Source: a virus
Virus record (IMG/VR): IMGVR_UViG_3300027771_000009
Span: 16,881 to 80,880 of that record
Strand: one strand, 5' to 3'
DNA length: 64,000 bases
This document shows, one piece after another, positions 12,701 through 20,500 of this stretch. Positions within the stretch are counted from its first letter, which is position 1. Every line of letters begins with the position of its first letter. Both the position numbers and the translations under genes were made by a program. Under the pieces are notes generated by a model. That model was not told the DNA's origin, searched no databases, and saw only the letters and a list, made by a program, of their open reading frames with translations.

Positions 12701-15488
12701 TGGTTCATCTGGTTCATCGGGTACTTCTGGAACTTCAGGTTCAAATGGAACATCTGGAACGAGTGGGAGTAGTGGTTCTTCTGGTACATCTGGTACATCT
12801 GGTAGTAGTGGTAGTAGTGGTTCAACTGGTACATCTGGTACATCTGGTACATCAGGTTCATCTGGTTCGTCTGGAACTTCTGGTTCAACTGGTACTGATG
12901 GTACATCTGGAACAAGTGGTATAAGTGGTTCTTCTGGAACGAGTGGCACATCAGGTTCGTCTGGTTCATCTGGGACAAGTGGTAGTAGTGGTTCTTCTGG
13001 AACTTCTGGAACATCTGGTTCTTCTGGACAAGATGGTACATTATTTGGTAGTAGTGGTACATCTGGTAGTAGTGGTAGTAGTGGTACTTCTGGTTCTTCT
13101 GGTTCTTCTGGAACATCTGGTTCTTCTGGACAAGATGGTACATTATTTGGCTCATCTGGAACGGCTGGAACGAGTGGGAGTAGTGGTTCTTCTGGTACTT
13201 CTGGTTCTTCTGGTACAACTGGTACATCAGGTTCATCTGGGCAAGATGGAACTTTCTTTGGTTCATCTGGTTCATCTGGTACATCTGGTTCTTCTGGTAG
13301 TAGTGGTACTTCTGGTTCTTCTGGTACAACTGGTACATCAGGTTCGTCTGGGCAAGATGGTACTTTATTTGGAAGTAGTGGTACATCTGGAACGAGTGGA
13401 AGTAGTGGTTCTTCTGGAACTTCTGGAGAAAGTGGTTCAGCAGGTACATCTGGTTCATCTGGACAAGATGGAACTTTATTCGGTTCTTCTGGTACATCTG
13501 GAACGAGTGGAAGTAGTGGTTCTTCTGGAACTTCTGGAGAAAGTGGTTCAGCAGGTACATCTGGTCAAACTGGAACATCTGGGCAAGATGGTACTTTCTT
13601 TGGAAGTAGTGGTTCTTCTGGAACTGCTGGAATATCTGGTTCATCTGGAACATCTGGATTGGGTAGTAGTGGTACTTCGGGTATCTCTGGAACATCTGGG
13701 CAGGATGGTACTTTCTTTGGCTCATCTGGTTCATCTGGGACAAGTGGGGAGAGTGGTTCATCTGGGACATCTGGATTAGGAAGTAATGGAACATCTGGTA
13801 TTAGTGGAACATCTGGACAAGATGGTACTTTATTTGGTTCATCTGGTTCATCTGGAACTTCTGGTTCAAGCGGAAGTAGTGGTACATCTGGATTAGGGAG
13901 TAATGGTACATCTGGTATCTCTGGTTCATCTGGACAGGATGGTACTTTCTTTGGTTCATCTGGTTCGTCTGGGACAAGTGGGGAGAGTGGTTCGTCTGGT
14001 ACTTCTGGTTTAGGTTCAGATGGTACATCTGGAACTTCTGGTTCATCTGGACAAGATGGTACTTTATTTGGTTCATCTGGAACGGCTGGAACGAGCGGTG
14101 AGAGTGGTTCATCTGGAACATCTGGATTGGGTAGTAGTGGTACTTCGGGTATCTCTGGAACATCTGGGCAAGATGGAACTTTATTTGGAAGTAGTGGTAC
14201 ATCTGGAACGAGTGGAATAACTGGTTCATCTGGAACATCAGGATTAGGAACTAATGGTACATCTGGTTCTTCTGGACAAGATGGAACTTTATTCGGTTCT
14301 TCTGGTTCTTCTGGTACGAGTGGAATAACTGGTTCTTCTGGAACATCGGGATTAGGAACTAATGGTACATCTGGTTCTTCTGGGCAAGATGGAACTTTAT
14401 TTGGAAGTAGTGGTTCTTCTGGTACTTCTGGTGAAAGCGGTTCTTCTGGAACATCTGGGTTAGGAAGTAGTGGTACTTCTGGTGTTAGTGGAACATCTGG
14501 GCAAGATGGTACTTTATTTGGGAGTAGTGGTTCTTCTGGTACTTCTGGTGAAAGTGGTTCTTCTGGAACGTCTGGATTAGGTTCATCGGGTACATCTGGT
14601 ATCTCTGGAACATCTGGGCAAGATGGTACTTTATTTGGTTCATCTGGTTCATCTGGAACTTCTGGAGCTGGTTCATCTGGAACTTCTGGATTATCAGGTT
14701 CATTTGGTACATCTGGTATCTCTGGAACATCTGGATTGGATGGTACAAACTTCGGAACATCTGGTACTGCTGGAACATCTGGAGCTGGTTCATCTGGAAC
14801 GTCTGGTGTAGATGGAGTACTTGGTTCAAATGGAACATCTGGAATATCCGGATTGGATGGTACAAACTTCGGTTCAGCTGGTAGTAGTGGTTCGTCTGGT
14901 ACTTCTGGAGAAAGTGGAAGTAGTGGTACTTCTGGAGCTGGTTCTTCTGGAACTTCTGGTGAGAGTATAACCCAATTTGGTACAGCTAATGATGGTGTAG
15001 TTCGTTGGGATAATGATTTAGAATCTAATTACGTTAATACTGATTTAGTATATAATGGAACTTTACTAAGTGTAACTGGTAGTGTTAACACAACTGTGGA
15101 TTTAATCGCTGGTGGTGATTTAATAGCAAGTGGTGAAGTTAGTGGTTCTACATCAATACATACGAAAAACTTTGTTGAACTTTATTCAACATTGGGAACA
15201 GGTGGTAGTACATCAATTGATTTAACATCAGCAAATAATTTTGAATATACTGTAAACGCAACTTCTACAATAGCATTCGCAAACTCACCAACGGCTCCGA
15301 AAGCATTTGGATTTACATTGGTATTAAACAATGGTGGTTCACAGGCGATAACGTGGCCAACTGGTACATTATGGGCAGGTGGAATAGCACCAGCATTAAC
15401 TGCTAGTGGAACGGATATCTTGGTATTCTATACTTATGATGGAGGGGTAAGTTATTACGGATTCCTAACGGCAGTAAATTTAAGTTAA
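3723..15488 (+). CDS. Giant fibre-like virion protein (3921 aa): SGS-rich repeats, two CxxHxxM domains, Gly-X-Y tracts
   Basis: Uninterrupted ORF with many FSGSGxxLFDIPxxA..SGSVTASV repeats, long G-S-S/G-T-S tracts and a C-terminal FYTYDGGVSYYG fibre-tip-like domain. Confidence 0.75.
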   Translation: MSQLLSGKVRVVRPQDVSDDRYEYLSLQEAEPNLGIPLSGSIASGSVALIASDVDGNRLFITKIQLEEFSGSFSGSFAGDGSELNNLPFSSQLISGSASASIAPNTGFLVNVSSSFDGDVDVNGDVRVTGDLYVDDRIVAREILVEIVSSSIIFSSGSNKFGNTPDDLQEFTGSVGMNGSLNVEGDISTTNVTASIVSSSLFIGDGSQLFNLPAAEQSSRIADGAVSASVDNETGFIVISKESGSQFTGSLFVSGGISLGSGSVFSGSGANLFDIPKAALTPDALLSSFITSGSVTASVDPNFGFKLEGTDRAEFSSSLFVSGGVSLGSGSVFSGSGADLFDIPRSALTQDALLSNVIVSGSVTASVSPSKGLVVTSIESGSTFFGDIKLQTGSFSGSGANLFNIPRSAITEDADLSTFITSGSITASVTPDDGFVVTSIESGSTFFGDVRVESGSTFSGSGADLFDIPRSAFTGDAFRIASGSVTASVTPNDGFVVTSIESGSTFFGDVTLSSGSIFSGSGEGLFDIPRSALTNDALLSTEIVTGSITASVTLEEGLVVTSVESGSTFFGEVRVESGSAFSGSGEKLRDIPFSALSTDAQDSITSLVSDESKILVSGSVSASVDAENGFIVTSIASGSTFFGNVGVASGSSFSGSGALLNDIPFAAISTTSDDTFSSIISGDSKRLITGSITASVDINKGFVIESKEKGTQITGSVNISGSISSSVFEGDGSGLVNIPRSALTEDALVSTEITTGSITASVTPENGFTVTSVELGSTFSGSINVDLAVTASGFKGSGRDLTDIVTTQLVSGAVIADVSPDAGFRVVSQTVGSQFTGSVSVDTSMQAVTFVSASTFKGSGAELTDIVITEIISGAVSATVTPDDGFVVTSNDSGSTFVGSVDVDGLVTVTDSINITGNVSASMFTGSGAGLFNIPRSALTEEALLISEIVSGSITASVSPDSGFTVTSIESGSTFLGEVRVESGFTFSGSGANLFNIPRSALTEDADLSTFITSGSVTASVTPENGFVVTSIESGSTFSGSVFLSSGSFFSGSGEQLFDIPKSAISDLDTSLIFSGSVSASTRPSTGFTVTSIESGSTFLGEVRVESGSVFSGSGEKLFDIPKSAISDLDSSLIFSGSVTASVEPTDGFIVTSIVSGSTFFGDIKLQTGSFSGSGAKLFDIPRTALTPDALVSTLITSGSATASISPNFGFVVNTSSSIEGDLTVDNDLYVGGAINATELNVTFINSEVIYSSGSNQFGDSITDRQEFTGSINVSGSLNVDDGIIGGDGSGLFNIPQSALTEAATLIATGSVTASVHPIRGFEVNSKSKFEDTLTITGSLIVNNQNRVTDNLTKVITVQSTDAGNKYFVDGILRPLIYLTVGNTYTFNQSDSSNSTHEIRFSTTDDGTHGGGSSYTTDVDNGSIAAGTNGSAVTIEITSETPTTLYYYCLNHSGMGASTLQLNVFPSSNSLIEDDVKISGSLIVTENITANIINAEQYSGSFFSGSGRDLFDIPFSNLTGDAFKIVSGSVTASVSPNDGFVVTSKDSGSQFTGSLFISGGVEINSGSSFSGSGENLFNIPLAAFTPAAQDAVDAILSFEAGRISTGSVTASVDVERGFIVDSVISGSTFSGSLFVSGGISVISGSVFSGSGADLFDIPFTALSQEAINALISTEIKSGSVTASVAPDTGFVVTSIESGSTFTGSVDISGSISASLFEGDGSGLTNIQLANLSLEISQITSGSVTASVDPIEGFVVTSLDSGSTFTGSVDVSGSFTVTGGIITGDGSGITNIDLANLSIDASSIFTGSVTASVKEDGRFIVEDSTHVVKSEFSGSIFVSESVIARAFIGDGSQITNVQAAASPKIASGSATASVESGEFFIVNSFSGSQFTSSVDISGSVSASLFIGDGGGLFNIPLDALEDLQLVKINSGSGEAIIDPDKLFVNVPITASRYDGDGSGLFNIPAESLQDLKLDKIESGSAVAIISPDRGLEINVGVSVSQSLSVSGGLFITGSDVIAASGSTFVGDGSGLSNINIANLAFETSLLESGSATAEISPNLGLQINTSASISGGLSVEKNIYSPIINGGQITGSLYGGYYGEGDAVDRDILIYDDARSKYVPVPESTPTIAEPFTNVTEVTIVHNFDVEYPIVQVYETGSNGMIIPQAIEPLNSNSIKVTFSGLTSGHVVVGSGGSKISGAVSGDNVIGIVPSASRASSALIADTATNVAGLDSASIALLNNLENFVLNEQTASMTVLSSSFALTASYALNAASSDSSGDISSDITASMSVATASYSHYALTASYALNAGEAGGGGDLTSAQTASMYVYSSSFSSIAEFALNAGGSGAGFPFEGYAELTGSLDISGSLIITGSTFIQNLESGSSDFVVTYNETTGRLEKRDIEAAQGADGTSGSSGTSGSSGTSGSSGTSGSSGTSGSDGTSGSSGTSGTSGTSGTSGTSGTSGTSGSSGSSGSSGSSGSSGTSGTTGTSGSSGTSGTSGTSGTSGTSGSSGSSGSSGSSGSSGSSGTTGSHGTSGSSGSSGSSGSGGTSGSSGSSGTSGSSGSSGTSGSSGSSGTSGSSGSSGSSGTSGSTGREGGRLYTVTNNGFNYSFAGYVGNFPTLTLVKGELYYFDVSGVSISHPFAIRLADGDSTSVPGIDNNDTVSGKYGTDVLIKYRVPEDAPNSIVYQCVNHSGMIGTISIVNKNGTSGTSGSSGTSGTSGSSGSSGTSGTSGSSGTSGSSGTSGTSGSAGSAGTSGSSGTSGTSGSSGSSGTSGSSGTSGTSGSSGSSGTSGSSGTSGSSGSSGSSGSSGTSGTSGTSGSSGSSGSSGSSGTSGSSGTSGSSGSSGSSGSSGSSGSSGTSGSSGLSGSNGTSGSSGSSGTSGESGSSGTSGTSGTSGTSGTSGEAGSSGTSGTSGTSGVSGSSGTSGTSGTSGTSGTSGEAGSSGTSGTSGSSGTSGTSGTSGSSGSSGTSGTSGSNGTSGTSGTSGSSGTSGSSGSSGSSGTSGTSGSNGTSGTSGSSGSSGTSGTSGSSGSSGSTGTSGTSGTSGSSGSSGTSGSTGTDGTSGTSGISGSSGTSGTSGSSGSSGTSGSSGSSGTSGTSGSSGQDGTLFGSSGTSGSSGSSGTSGSSGSSGTSGSSGQDGTLFGSSGTAGTSGSSGSSGTSGSSGTTGTSGSSGQDGTFFGSSGSSGTSGSSGSSGTSGSSGTTGTSGSSGQDGTLFGSSGTSGTSGSSGSSGTSGESGSAGTSGSSGQDGTLFGSSGTSGTSGSSGSSGTSGESGSAGTSGQTGTSGQDGTFFGSSGSSGTAGISGSSGTSGLGSSGTSGISGTSGQDGTFFGSSGSSGTSGESGSSGTSGLGSNGTSGISGTSGQDGTLFGSSGSSGTSGSSGSSGTSGLGSNGTSGISGSSGQDGTFFGSSGSSGTSGESGSSGTSGLGSDGTSGTSGSSGQDGTLFGSSGTAGTSGESGSSGTSGLGSSGTSGISGTSGQDGTLFGSSGTSGTSGITGSSGTSGLGTNGTSGSSGQDGTLFGSSGSSGTSGITGSSGTSGLGTNGTSGSSGQDGTLFGSSGSSGTSGESGSSGTSGLGSSGTSGVSGTSGQDGTLFGSSGSSGTSGESGSSGTSGLGSSGTSGISGTSGQDGTLFGSSGSSGTSGAGSSGTSGLSGSFGTSGISGTSGLDGTNFGTSGTAGTSGAGSSGTSGVDGVLGSNGTSGISGLDGTNFGSAGSSGSSGTSGESGSSGTSGAGSSGTSGESITQFGTANDGVVRWDNDLESNYVNTDLVYNGTLLSVTGSVNTTVDLIAGGDLIASGEVSGSTSIHTKNFVELYSTLGTGGSTSIDLTSANNFEYTVNATSTIAFANSPTAPKAFGFTLVLNNGGSQAITWPTGTLWAGGIAPALTASGTDILVFYTYDGGVSYYGFLTAVNLS
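10937..11493 (+). repeat. Coding Gly-X-Y (GSS/GTS) tract 1
   Basis: 9-nt periodic GGN-(TCN/AGT/ACN)-(TCN/AGT) repeats. Confidence 0.95.
11829..14960 (+). repeat. Coding Gly-X-Y tract 2 with 15 QDGT(L/F)F punctuations
   Basis: About 1,040 codons of triplet repeat. CARGATGG occurs at 13029-14619 with spacings of 102-120 nt. Confidence 0.95.
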
Positions 15489-15508
15489 AAAGGTAATAGT
15501 TATGAATT

Positions 15509-16384
15509 ATGAGTATAGCAAGGAGATTAATCGCATCATCAGGAGGAGGAGAAGTGGAACCATTTAAATTTCAATTAACATTATCCTCTGGTCAAACCTA
15601 TGGGTTACCATTATTCTCAGTAGCTGGTACTCAACCTAACATTATAGTAGATTGGGGTGATAGTTCTGAAAGTACTGTAACAAATGTAAATGATGCAAAT
15701 CGTTTTCATACATATACATCTGGTGGAACTTATACAGTTTCAATCATCGGTTCATTACCTGGATTTAGAGTAGATAACGATACCTATAAATTATTGTATA
15801 GTGCAATATTAGACTGGGGTAATGTTGGACTTCGTAGTTTAAATTTCTACGGATGTGTAAACATAACATCAATACCATCTGCAACGAATGGATTAAGTAG
15901 GGTAACTCAATGGAACAATACATTTAGAGGTACAAGTATAACATCGATACCATCTGGTTTATTTGCTTTTTCAACATCTGCATACGAATTTGTGGATACT
16001 TTTTCATTTACAAAGATAACATCAGTTCCTAACAATTTATTTGATAATAATACGGGTGTATCTTCATTCGCATCTACATTCAATGCATGTACATCTTTAG
16101 TGACTGTACCAAATGAGTTGTTTAGATATAATACAATTGTAATTAACTTTTCATCAACATTCAGAAACAATAGAGCATTAACAAACATACCAACATTTCA
16201 GTATAATCAAAATGTTAGTATCTTTTTAAATGTATTTAATATGTCATCGACTAATAATGGTTCCTCAAATTGGGGAACTGTTGAAGCATTATGGAGTAGA
16301 AACCCCGAACCTTTAGGTGTAAACGCATTTAACAATTGTACTGGGGCAACAAATTTTAGTTCAATACCTATAAATTGGAAATAA
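15509..16384 (+). CDS. Putative adhesin: PKD-like domain plus BspA/DUF285-like leucine-rich repeats
   Basis: IVDWGD...HTYTSGGTYTVSI, then repeats of TFxxTxITSIPxxLF. Lies directly after the fibre gene. Confidence 0.6.
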   Translation: MSIARRLIASSGGGEVEPFKFQLTLSSGQTYGLPLFSVAGTQPNIIVDWGDSSESTVTNVNDANRFHTYTSGGTYTVSIIGSLPGFRVDNDTYKLLYSAILDWGNVGLRSLNFYGCVNITSIPSATNGLSRVTQWNNTFRGTSITSIPSGLFAFSTSAYEFVDTFSFTKITSVPNNLFDNNTGVSSFASTFNACTSLVTVPNELFRYNTIVINFSSTFRNNRALTNIPTFQYNQNVSIFLNVFNMSSTNNGSSNWGTVEALWSRNPEPLGVNAFNNCTGATNFSSIPINWK

Positions 16385-16386
16385 TT

Positions 16387-16836
16387 ATGTATTTAAAGAT
16401 AGACAACGAAAATATAATATATCCATATACAATTAGTGATTTAAAAGCTGAAAATAGTAATATAAGCTTTCCTACATCACTTACTAATGATTCTTTGGAA
16501 GATTTTAACGTATATCCAGTCACTTCAATTAATTGTGGTAGTGATTATACAAAAAACTACGAAGAGGATACTCCGATACTATCTGGTTCGGTATATATCC
16601 AAGTTTGGAACGAAACAAACGCTTCAGATGAAGAAATTTCAACAAAAGTTGAAGAAAAGTGGTTAGAAATTAGAGAACTTAGAGATACTTTACTTACACA
16701 ATCGGATTGGACTCAATTCCAAGATTCACCAATAACAGGTTCTACTCTAACTGAGTGGCAAACTTACAGACAATCCCTAAGAGATATAACATCTCAATCA
16801 AATCCATTTTCTTTGAGCTGGCCAGCTCGACCTTAG
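16387..16836 (+). CDS. Tail fibre assembly chaperone-like protein
   Basis: C-terminal WxxIRxxRDxLLxxSDWTQxxD...WxxYRQxLRDIT...WP motif. ATG 16387, just after the upstream stop, is preferred over 16375. Confidence 0.75.
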   Translation: MYLKIDNENIIYPYTISDLKAENSNISFPTSLTNDSLEDFNVYPVTSINCGSDYTKNYEEDTPILSGSVYIQVWNETNASDEEISTKVEEKWLEIRELRDTLLTQSDWTQFQDSPITGSTLTEWQTYRQSLRDITSQSNPFSLSWPARP

Positions 16837-16892
16837 AAGGTAAAAGATAAATACTTTATATTTATATCTAAATAGAATAGATTTAAAGTGAT

Positions 16893-17213
16893 ATGAGAAT
16901 AGATTCACCAAGTTTTTCGGGTTCAATCAACCAAGCACCATCGGCATACGCTGATTTGAGTGGTTCCTTTACTGGTTCCTTTACTGGAAGTTTTAAAGGT
17001 GATATATCAGTAGATACAGCGGAGTTTACTAACCTAAGTGTAAAGGATTCCCTTCAAATTGGGTATGAGAAAGATAATACAACTGAATTTGTATTAGTAT
17101 CAAGTGGTTCAATAAATGTTTCTGGTTCAATTGATTTACAGGGTGGTTCATATAATGTGGATGGGGTAAGTGTATTAGATTCAGCAATAGCATTCGCAAT
17201 AGCATTAGGATAA
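16893..17213 (+). CDS. Small structural protein ending AIAFAIALG
   Basis: SGSF motifs shared with the fibres; late-type motif upstream. Confidence 0.6.
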   Translation: MRIDSPSFSGSINQAPSAYADLSGSFTGSFTGSFKGDISVDTAEFTNLSVKDSLQIGYEKDNTTEFVLVSSGSINVSGSIDLQGGSYNVDGVSVLDSAIAFAIALG

Positions 17214-17223
17214 AACATAAAAT

Positions 17224-17556
17224 ATGGCAAATACATTTAAAAATAGTATAAAAGGACCCGCTGGAACCAGTGGGTTATCAGTTTATTCCTGTCCAGCGGC
17301 AACATCTGCAACTGTGATTGGTGTGAATGTAGCTAATATCGTAGCACAAAATATAGAAATTGATGTTGAAATAACTGATAATTCGGCTGGGGTAACAAAA
17401 TATTTAGTAAAGGGGGCAACACTCCCACAAGGTTCATCAACTATTTTAGTAGGTGGTGACCAAAAAGTAGTATTAGAAGCAAATGATTCAATAACTGTAA
17501 CATCTTCGGTAAATTCATCGGTAGATGTTGTAGTATCGGTATTGGAAATTACATAA
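17224..17556 (+). CDS. Small structural/fibre adaptor protein (MANTFKN type)
   Basis: Paralogous to the ends of 2834..3700; precedes the second giant fibre. Confidence 0.6.
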   Translation: MANTFKNSIKGPAGTSGLSVYSCPAATSATVIGVNVANIVAQNIEIDVEITDNSAGVTKYLVKGATLPQGSSTILVGGDQKVVLEANDSITVTSSVNSSVDVVVSVLEIT

Positions 17557-17569
17557 AATAAAAAAGTGA

Positions 17570-20500
17570 ATGAAATACACAGGTAAAAACCCAAATGGTT
17601 TAAATCAAATCAGTCAAAGTTTACTATCATTAGATGTAAATGGAGTTGAGCAACTAAATATTTCAACTGATTCGGTTATTATTAACACCGAATTATCAGT
17701 TGAGAAAGGTATTTCTGCCGTTTCATATACTGGTTCGGTATTTAGTGGAAGTGAGGTGGTTACATCCACACTTACTGCAGATGGTATCGTTGTAGGTACG
17801 ATAGATGGTACAATTATTAGTGGTACTGAATTTAGTGGCTCATTTAGTGGGTCTTTTGAAGGTGACGGAAATTCTATAACCAATATACCTACATCAGCAT
17901 TGGTTGGTGATATCAATAGAATTGCTGAAGGTGATTCTAACGCAACTATAACTGATGATAAACTTTCAATAAATGTTGATACTGATATAACTGGTTCAGT
18001 ATTAGTAACAAACACACTTTCAGCATCTTTTGTAGAAGGTGATGGTAGTAGGTTGTTTAATATATCAGCTGATTCGGTTGGTGATATTAATAGATTACAA
18101 TCTGGTTCCGCAACAGCTATAATCTCTCCTAATGAAGGTTTAGTTACCAATGTAGGAATTGTAACTCAAAAGTATTTGGGTGTGTCTGGTTCTGCTAATA
18201 TAGCTGGAGACTTAGATGTAGAAGGAACTGCAACAATCCAAAACTTAAATGTTGAGGGAATAATTACAACAACTGAGTTAAAGGCAACTTACATTTCATC
18301 ATCAATAATTTACGCAACTGGTTCAAACAAATTTGGAGATGATTCTTCAGCTGTTCAAGAGTTTACTGGTTCGGTTAGAATAAAAGATACAATACAAATA
18401 CCAAAATATTCATCAGACCCTGCATCTGGTAGAGTTGGTGAAATATATTACAACGATACTGATACTAACATATATCGATATACAGGTACCGAATGGTTAG
18501 AGGCAGCTGGAACGGCTGGTTCTTCTGGAACATCTGGAACATCTGGAACATCTGGTACTTCTGGTTCTTCTGGTACATCTGGTACATCTGGTTCTTCTGG
18601 AACATCTGGTGAAGATGGTACTGATGGAAGCGGTGGTACTTCTGGTACTTCTGGTACTTCTGGTACATCTGGAACATCTGGTTCTGGTGGTACATCTGGT
18701 TCTGGAGGCACATCAGGAACTTCTGGTACATCTGGAACGTCTGGTTCTGGTGGTACATCTGGTACTTCTGGAAGTAGTGGTACAAGTGGTACATCTGGTT
18801 CTTCTGGTGAAGATGGTACTGATGGTAGTGAGGGTACTTCTGGTACTTCTGGAACAAGCGGTACTTCTGGTACTTCTGGTTCTTCTGGTACAAAGGGAAC
18901 TGCTGGTAGTGGAGGAACATCTGGTTCATCTGGATTTGGTTCGTCTGGTACAAGTGGTAGTGGTGGAACTGCTGGAACTGGTGGTAGTGGTGGTACTTCT
19001 GGTACTTCTGGTACTTCTGGTACTTCTGGTACTTCTGGTACTTCTGGTGAAGATGGTACTGGTGGAACATCTGGGACAAGTGGAACATCTGGGACAAGTG
19101 GAACAAACGGAACTGCTGGAACTGGTGGTAGTGGAGGTACTTCTGGTACTTCTGGTACATCGGGAACTTCAGGTACATCTGGTACATCTGGTACATCCGG
19201 ATTGGATGGAGCTACTGGAACTGGTGGAGCTACTGGTACATCTGGGACAAGTGGAACATCTGGAACATCTGGAACATCTGGAACAACCGGTACTTCTGGA
19301 ACAAGCGGTACTTCTGGAACATCTGGAACTAACGCAACGGCTGGTTCTGGTGGAACGGCAGGTACTTCTGGAACTTCTGGAACTTCTGGTACTTCTGGAA
19401 CAAGCGGTGTTGATGGTACATCAGGAACATCTGGGACAAGTGGAACATCTGGAACATCTGGAACTAACGGAACTGCTGGTAGTGGTGGTACAAATGGAAC
19501 TGCTGGAACTGGAGGAACTTCAGGAACGAACGGAACTGCAGGAACTGGTGGTACAAATGGAACTGCTGGTAGTGGAGGTACATCTGGTAGTGGTGGTACA
19601 AATGGAACTGCTGGAACTGGAGGAACTTCAGGAACGAACGGAACTGCAGGAACTGCTGGAACTGGTGGTACAAATGGAACTGCTGGTAGTGGGGGTACAT
19701 CTGGTACATCTGGGACAAGTGGAACATCTGGAACATCTGGAACATCTGGAACAACCGGTACTTCTGGAACAAGCGGTACTTCTGGAACATCTGGAACGAA
19801 CGGAACTGCTGGTAGTGGTGGTACAAATGGAACTGCTGGTAGTGGAGGTACATCAGGAACAAATGGAACTGCTGGTAGTGGAGGTACATCCGGAGCATTA
19901 GCATTAACTGGTACTACTAACAATGGTTTACTTACCTATGATGGTACTGGGGCAAACGTTGAGAGTAATCTTACTTTCGATGGAACAACATTAAACTTAA
20001 CTGGTAACTTAAATGTTACTGGTACACAAACAACTGTCAATACTGAAATAATTCAATTGGCAGATAATATTATAACTCTTAATTCAAACTTTACAACTGG
20101 TACTCCATCGGAGAATGCAGGTATTGAAGTATTAAGAGGTTCATCATCAACAAAATCATTTTATTGGAAAGAATCATCAGATAGATGGTATTCAGATTCA
20201 AACTTTGAAGTGTTTGGTGATTTATATACACAACGCATAAATACTGGACAAGGACTTACTGAGGTTTACAATATGAACCAAAACGTTCGTTCAACTGATT
20301 CACCTACATTCGATGGATTAACCATTGGTGATAGTGGTAACACAGGTACAACTCTAAACATTATAGCAACAAATACTGCTGGTTCTGGTGCACAAACCGC
20401 TATGATTAATATGAGTGGTTATGAAGGTAGAGCAATTGGTACTATGTTTACTGATGTATCTTATAGTGGTAGAGAATGGTTTGCTGGTTTACGATATAGT

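Noticed and set aside
10937-14960. Regularly spaced DNA repeats resembling a CRISPR array
   Set aside because: In-frame coding repeats that vary at synonymous sites; no unique spacers and no cas genes.
3995-19923. Long minus-strand and alternate-frame ORFs (EPDVP-, QMFQK-, VHLV-rich; up to 661 aa)
   Set aside because: Shadows of the stop-poor Gly/Ser/Thr repeat codons. They track the repeat tracts and have no expression signals.
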